NCBI RefSeq assembly: GCF_000737315.1
Contig: NZ_JMCB01000003.1
Coordinates: 1,054,001-1,118,000 of the forward strand
Direction: 5' to 3'
From: Hyalangium minutum
Lineage (GTDB): Bacteria > Myxococcota > Myxococcia > Myxococcales > Myxococcaceae
DNA: 64,000 nucleotides
Shown: piece after piece, positions 59,166-64,000 of the stretch
Layout of the letters: the number at the start of each line of letters is the position of its first letter
Numbering within the stretch: the first letter of the stretch is position 1
The notes under the pieces: model-generated
The model's database searches: none
The model's input: the letters and a program-made list of their open reading frames with translations, nothing else
Told to the model about the DNA's origin: nothing
Program-made: the position numbers and the translations under genes

Positions 59166-59942
59166 TCAGATGCGGGTGATCGCCAGATAGCGCTCGATGG
59201 ACTCGAGTTGAGAGAACCGGGCCTCACTGCTCTTGAAGATGGCAACCCTCTGCCCGAGGGCCCCAGCAGCCGACAGTGACACCGCGAAGTCGGGAAGCCG
59301 CCGGCTGTGCTTGATCCGAAGGCCGGTCAGGACATCGAACCGGAACAAGCCTTGGAGATCCTGCTCGCGGATCTTGGAGTAAGGCTGGGTGGGGTCCTCG
59401 AGCAAAGGGGCAATGTCCTGGGCGCTATTTCTGGACTCATACTGCTGGCCTTGCCGCCCATAGCGGTCTTGCTTGCGGATCAGGTCGAACTTGTTTCTCG
59501 GTGTTTCCACTTCGACCAAATGGGCTTCCCAGGGCCCCACGTTGTCGGTGGAGTGGAACACGCCCTTGGGGATGCGTGCGTATTGGCCCGTCTCGACGCG
59601 GATGGAGTGGCTCAGGAAGTTGATCTGCAGGCTCCCGCCCAAGCACATCAGCACGGTCTCCTTGCGGGGATGACAATGCATGGACGTGGATTGACGAGGA
59701 GCCAGCATCAGCTTCCACACATCGATCAACATGTCGGCATAAACTCTGTGTTCATACCCCCATGGCTTCTCGATGAGGGCGTCGAGATAGGCGTCCTTGG
59801 TGAAATCCTCGAAGCGGATGAGCTGTCCGCCCGCGAGCTCCTCGGAGAATGCAAAGACATCCTCCGCTGACACCTCGGACACATCAAAAGCAGTTCGCGT
59901 CCCCCTACCCTCGTCGTGTAGTTCCTGGTTCAGCTCCTGCAT
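59166..59942 (-). CDS. Cupin domain protein (sugar-phosphate isomerase-like)
   Basis: KPWG, STSMHCHPRKET, IPKGVFHS, EVETP...DL.R..DRYGR; AGGAG RBS. Confidence 0.85.
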   Translation of the reverse strand: MQELNQELHDEGRGTRTAFDVSEVSAEDVFAFSEELAGGQLIRFEDFTKDAYLDALIEKPWGYEHRVYADMLIDVWKLMLAPRQSTSMHCHPRKETVLMCLGGSLQINFLSHSIRVETGQYARIPKGVFHSTDNVGPWEAHLVEVETPRNKFDLIRKQDRYGRQGQQYESRNSAQDIAPLLEDPTQPYSKIREQDLQGLFRFDVLTGLRIKHSRRLPDFAVSLSAAGALGQRVAIFKSSEARFSQLESIERYLAITRI

Positions 59943-60124
59943 GGGTTTGGCTCCTGTCCAATTCCGCTGCCATTTCTATGGAGCCGCGTGCGGAACGTTG
60001 TGACGGACAGGTTGGATGTTCGTTGAGAGCAGCCGGGCGTGGAGACCACAGGACTGAGGTCGTCACATTGCCCACGAGCCCACTCTCTACGAAGGAGTCC
60101 CGCGAGGGATGCCACGAAAGGGGC

Positions 60125-60223
60125 AGCTTCGCGGTGCGGGATGGCCGGCTGGTGACGGGGCAGAACCCCGCCTCGTCCGTCGCCGCCGCGCGCGAGGTGC
60201 TCACCGCCCTTCAGGAGCGCTGA
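60125..60223 (+). pseudogene. C-terminal remnant of an Hsp31/ThiJ-type (class I glutamine amidotransferase-like) gene
   Basis: SFAVRDGRLVTGQNPASSVAAAREVL-stop matches the C-terminus of that family; no upstream body. Confidence 0.65.
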
Positions 60224-60245
60224 CGATTCAAATCAATCGCCCGGA

Positions 60246-60285
60246 GGAAGGGCAGGCAGGGGACCTGGACATCGCCTGCCTTTCC
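60246..60285. terminator. Possible bidirectional hairpin between convergent units
   Basis: GGAAGGGCAGGC...GCCTGCCTTTCC (12-bp stem, one G-T pair). Confidence 0.4.
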
Positions 60286-60352
60286 GCCAAGCCACCCCTC
60301 AGGAGGAGCAACCCATGGCTCGAATGATGTTCATCGTGCGGCGTGAGCGAGC

Positions 60353-62098
60353 TCACTTCTGGGCGGGAGGGGGGGAAGCAGCAGCCTCCCCCGGAGTCTC
60401 CACTTTGAAGCCCGCGCGCTCCAGCATGCTCCGCATCTCATTGCGTGCCACGGATTTGTTGAGCGCCTCGGTCGGGACCACCAGCTTCTTCTTGACCAGC
60501 TCCAGCAGCGCGTCGTTGAGCATCATCATTCCTGCCCCGCGCCCGGTCTGCATCACCGAGGGGATCTGGAATGTCTTGCCCTCGCGGATCAGGTTCGACA
60601 CCGAGCTGGTGCACAGCAGCACCTCTTGGGCCGCCACGCGCCCACCGCCAATTTTCTTGCACAGCGTCTGCGAGATGACGCCCTTGAGTGACTCGGACAA
60701 CATCATGCGAATCTGCGACTGACGGTCCGCTGGAAACTGGTCGATGATGCGGTCCACCGTGGAGGCCGCCGTGTTCGTGTGCAGCGTCCCGAACACCAAG
60801 TGCCCCGTCTCCGCCGTCTCGATGGCGATGGCGATGGTCTCCAGGTCTCGCATTTCACCCACCAGCACCACGTCCGGATCCTCGCGAAGCGCCGCGCGCA
60901 GCGCGTCCTTGAAGGAGTCCGTGTGGACGCCGATCTCCCGCTGGTTCACCAAGCACTTCTTGTTCGGGTGAACGAACTCGATGGGGTCCTCGATGGTGAT
61001 GATGTGATCCTCGCGGAACCGGTTGATGTAGTCGACCATCGACGCCAGCGTGGTCGACTTGCCCGAGCCCGTGGGGCCGGTGACGAGCACCAGCCCCTTC
61101 GTGAGGAAACACAAGTCCAGGATCTGCTTGGACAGGCCCATCTCCTCCGCGCTGCGGATGGTGTTGGGGATCTGCCGCATCACAGAGCCAATGCCCTTCC
61201 GATCCGCGAAGACGTTGACGCGGAAGCGCGCGGCCGGCAGCTCATAGGCAAAGTCGGTATCGCGCTTCTTCTCCCACTGCTCCTTGTTCTTGTTGGGAGC
61301 AATGCTGAAAACCATCGCCTTGAGGCGCGCGGAAGTCAGCGGGCCGTACTCCGGCAGCGGCACCATGTCGCCATCGATGCGCATGTGCGGCACCGTATCG
61401 CTGGACATATGGAGGTCCGAGGCCCGGCGGGCCAGCATCGTCTCCAAGAGGGAATTCATCTGCGCCCTCGCCTCGTCCTGTTCCTGGTCTCCCTCGACCA
61501 GGCCCAAGGAGACAGCGGGGGCGGGAGCAGGCGGGGGGGGATCCGGAGGCGGAGGAGCCGCCGGCGCCGCCGCCGGCGCCGGGACGCTGGAGGCCCCCTG
61601 CGAGGAGAGCACCGGAATGGCCGGCTGCGAATTGCGGCCTGTGGCAGCGGAGCGAGGCGCCACTACGGGCGCCGAAGGAGCGGCAGGAGCGGCAGGAGCA
61701 AGCGTGGGACGCGTGCTGGGCGCGCTCGGCGCGGGCGCCACCGGGGCGAGCTGGAGATTGTCCTCCTCCAGATCGATCGTGCCGTACATGGCATGGGGGG
61801 CGAAGGGCACCATCGACACCCGGGCACGGTCCTTCTCCAGCTCGAACTTCACCTGCACCGCGCCCGCAGGCGAGGAATAGGGAAACAGGGTGATCCCCCC
61901 GGCCGGAAAGGACGCGCGCTGATCCGAAGGTACCAGTTCCGCGACCGCCCCGATGATCTGCTGGGTCGTGAGCTGTTGCTTCAGGACTGGCAGCAGCCCG
62001 GTCGTGGTGCGAATGCTCACACCATTGCCGGTCTCCATGACGATTTCCAGACCAGAGTCCTTGAGCAACTTTTCGATGATGTAATCAATTCTGGCCAT
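60353..62098 (-). CDS. pilT: PilT/PilU family type IV pilus ATPase with N-terminal extension
   Basis: ASDLH, GPTGSGKSTTL, TIEDPIEF, ALREDPDV.LVGEMRD, ETGHLVFGTLH; AIRNLIRE-like VSNLIRE. Confidence 0.92.
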   Translation of the reverse strand: MARIDYIIEKLLKDSGLEIVMETGNGVSIRTTTGLLPVLKQQLTTQQIIGAVAELVPSDQRASFPAGGITLFPYSSPAGAVQVKFELEKDRARVSMVPFAPHAMYGTIDLEEDNLQLAPVAPAPSAPSTRPTLAPAAPAAPSAPVVAPRSAATGRNSQPAIPVLSSQGASSVPAPAAAPAAPPPPDPPPPAPAPAVSLGLVEGDQEQDEARAQMNSLLETMLARRASDLHMSSDTVPHMRIDGDMVPLPEYGPLTSARLKAMVFSIAPNKNKEQWEKKRDTDFAYELPAARFRVNVFADRKGIGSVMRQIPNTIRSAEEMGLSKQILDLCFLTKGLVLVTGPTGSGKSTTLASMVDYINRFREDHIITIEDPIEFVHPNKKCLVNQREIGVHTDSFKDALRAALREDPDVVLVGEMRDLETIAIAIETAETGHLVFGTLHTNTAASTVDRIIDQFPADRQSQIRMMLSESLKGVISQTLCKKIGGGRVAAQEVLLCTSSVSNLIREGKTFQIPSVMQTGRGAGMMMLNDALLELVKKKLVVPTEALNKSVARNEMRSMLERAGFKVETPGEAAASPPPAQK

Positions 62099-62102
62099 GA
62101 TC

Positions 62103-62573
62103 TCAGCGGGCGAGGGGTTCCACGTATGCGACGTGACGCTTATTGACGAGCGCTACGCGCTTGTCCTGGATGAGGCGGATGAACTGGGGGGCATCGTTGA
62201 GGAAGTCATTGAGCCGGGTGCGGCCCTCGGGCTGCATATAGACGATGAGCCCCTGCAGCCGCTGTCCATCCACCAGCCGGATCTCTACCTCATGCTCGGT
62301 CATGATGGTGAGCCTGTCCTCCTCGCGGAGCTCGTGCTCGACGTCGGTCCGGGCTACCGCGATGGCGACGCTGTTGAGGAAGGTGACCCTCCCCGTTGCC
62401 ACGTCCTGAGCGGGAATGAACCGCGACTCGCTGTTGAGCAGATCCGACAGCCGCTCGGTCTCGCTGTAGTGCGGGACCCCCGTCGTGAGGAAGACTGACA
62501 CTTCTCGCGCCTCACCGCCCGGGAGGATCACCTGGGCGATGATGGGCTGCTTGGGAACTCGAAATTCTTCCAA
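62103..62573 (-). CDS. Hypothetical protein with two internal repeats, co-transcribed with pilT
   Basis: TTG start; RLSDLLN...FIP and RLNDFLN...FI repeats; stop 4 bp before pilT start. Confidence 0.7.
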   Translation of the reverse strand: MEEFRVPKQPIIAQVILPGGEAREVSVFLTTGVPHYSETERLSDLLNSESRFIPAQDVATGRVTFLNSVAIAVARTDVEHELREEDRLTIMTEHEVEIRLVDGQRLQGLIVYMQPEGRTRLNDFLNDAPQFIRLIQDKRVALVNKRHVAYVEPLAR

Positions 62574-62780
62574 GGAAACTGCCTCCTCACACTGGGCCTC
62601 ACCCACTGCTCGGGTGAATGGCCGTAGGTCCCGCGCCACGTAGCGCCAGAATCCGGAGCGAATCCTATCGATTGCTTGCCAACCCGCAAGGCCACGAGCG
62701 CTCAGCCCCTTCACCCCATGGCCCCCGGCAGGTACTTTTGGGCAGATCGGCCGGGTCCCACGATGCCGTGAGGCATGGCC

Positions 62781-63380
62781 TCAGCCGTTCCAGCTGTCAG
62801 GGCTGCCCTGGACGACCTTGGTATCCGCCAGCATGTCGTGGATGCAGCGCCGCTCGTCACCGAAGATCATCAGCGCATCGATGAGGCCGAAGATCCCGCA
62901 GAAGCTGCCGATGACCGCAGGGATGCCGTTGCGCAGCAGCAGGATCCGGCCCAGGGAGGCCGGGCTCCCATCGGTGCGGACCACTCGGATGTTTCGCATG
63001 CGCTTGCCGATGCTCTGGCCACGCTGGGCCAGCGTGATCTGATAGCCGAGCACCCCCAGGGTCCCGAGTGCCCCCAGAAGGAAGGCGAAGCCCCCAGAGC
63101 CCCCATTGCGCACGAGGATGGCCCCGAGAATTCCCGCCCCCAGGAACGGAAGAACGAGGATGAAACTGTCCACCAGGTTGGCCACGAAGCGATCCCCCCG
63201 CTCCGCGAGATTCGGCGTGCGCTGGTCGCACACAGAGCAGTAGTCCTGGCCATCCGCGCCCACGCGATAGCAGGTTCTACAGGTATAGCTTCCGCAGCGG
63301 GTGCAGGTGGCGAGAGCCGGAAAGGAGGGATGACGCGCACAGAGCGCGCCCAGGGGGCTATAGGAACCAGGGGCTTCCAT
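62781..63380 (-). CDS. RDD family membrane protein with N-terminal zinc-finger
   Basis: CARHP...A...CTRCG...C..C...YC..C; R..A.LVD; GQSIGK....IRVV; HD..A.T.VV. Confidence 0.9.
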   Translation of the reverse strand: MEAPGSYSPLGALCARHPSFPALATCTRCGSYTCRTCYRVGADGQDYCSVCDQRTPNLAERGDRFVANLVDSFILVLPFLGAGILGAILVRNGGSGGFAFLLGALGTLGVLGYQITLAQRGQSIGKRMRNIRVVRTDGSPASLGRILLLRNGIPAVIGSFCGIFGLIDALMIFGDERRCIHDMLADTKVVQGSPDSWNG

Positions 63381-63460
63381 TGCCGACACTTCACCAGGAA
63401 AGGAAGCCAGCTCACAAGAGCCCCAGGGAGTACGGCCATAGGGACGGAGGCTCGCGCGAC

Positions 63461-64000
63461 TCAAAACCCCGTCGAGAGCGCGAGCTGCTCAGTTCGGTCC
63501 ACGTCCTCCTTCACCCGCGCGAGCTTCTCGCGGATTGCGGCGGGCGCATCGGGTCCCAGGGGGAGGCGCAATGTCGAGGTACTCGCGGCCACCGCATCCA
63601 CGATGGCCTTCGCGGCCTTCGCAGGATCCCCCGGCTGCTGGCCGTCGGACTGCTTCGCGTAGGCGCGCATCGGTCCAACCATCGCGGCGTACCCTTCTAT
63701 CTCCGGCATCAGCCGGAACGAAGGCCCCAGGAGCTTCGTGCGGAACATGCCCGGCTCGACGATGAGCACCCTCACGCCATGGGGCTCGACCTCTTTCGCG
63801 AGCGACTCGGACAACCCCTCCAGGGCGTGCTTGGCCGCGCTGTACGCTCCCACGCCCGGGTATGTCACGAGCCCAGCCACGCTCGACACCTGGACGATGG
63901 TCCCCGAGCGACGCTCCCGCATCAGGGGAAGCACCGCGCGCGTCACTGCCACCGCCCCGAAGAACAGCGCCTCGAACGCCGCCCTGAGTTCCTCGTCGCT
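63461..64000 (-). CDS. Short-chain dehydrogenase/reductase (5' truncated by window edge)
   Basis: IVQVSS, YSAAKH (YxxxK), VEPG.FRT, QPGDP.KAA, LRLPLG.DA. Confidence 0.92.
   Translation of the reverse strand, partial: SDEELRAAFEALFFGAVAVTRAVLPLMRERRSGTIVQVSSVAGLVTYPGVGAYSAAKHALEGLSESLAKEVEPHGVRVLIVEPGMFRTKLLGPSFRLMPEIEGYAAMVGPMRAYAKQSDGQQPGDPAKAAKAIVDAVAASTSTLRLPLGPDAPAAIREKLARVKEDVDRTEQLALSTGF

Overview
High-GC window from a myxobacterium, probably Archangiaceae/Cystobacterineae (inferred from lipoprotein-rich accessory genes, a MYXO-CTERM-like sorting tail, an FHA-sigma54 activator and a PilT paralogue). About 45 protein-coding genes are supportable. No rRNA, tRNA, CRISPR array or intact mobile element was seen. 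Housekeeping and signalling content: lspA, a CHASE3 hybrid kinase-CheR-CheB-REC/HK operon, bcp, recD2, selO, an EF-G paralogue, zwf and pilT. Secreted or surface content: a GH87-like alpha-1,3-glucanase, an HExxH peptidase with NBR1-Ig domains and a defensin-like tail, three related beta-propeller proteins (one with 12 HYR domains), a beta-helix lipoprotein, a collagen-like protein, a Vps62-like lipoprotein and tandem trypsins. The best candidate for an undescribed system is the translationally coupled cassette at 51761-54533: RNA-ligase-family NTase, then a HAM1-like domain with altered catalytic motifs fused to an unknown two-His-motif domain, then an AbiEii-like nucleotidyltransferase with no visible AbiEi antitoxin. 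It lies directly behind a ubiquitin-like MoaD/BNR-propeller pair. Other leads are an orphan DUF4157-deaminase toxin, a HEPN-motif protein, a lower-GC cupin-PfpI-HAD-zwf cassette and several collapsed gene remnants. All family calls come from motif recognition by eye; no database search was run.
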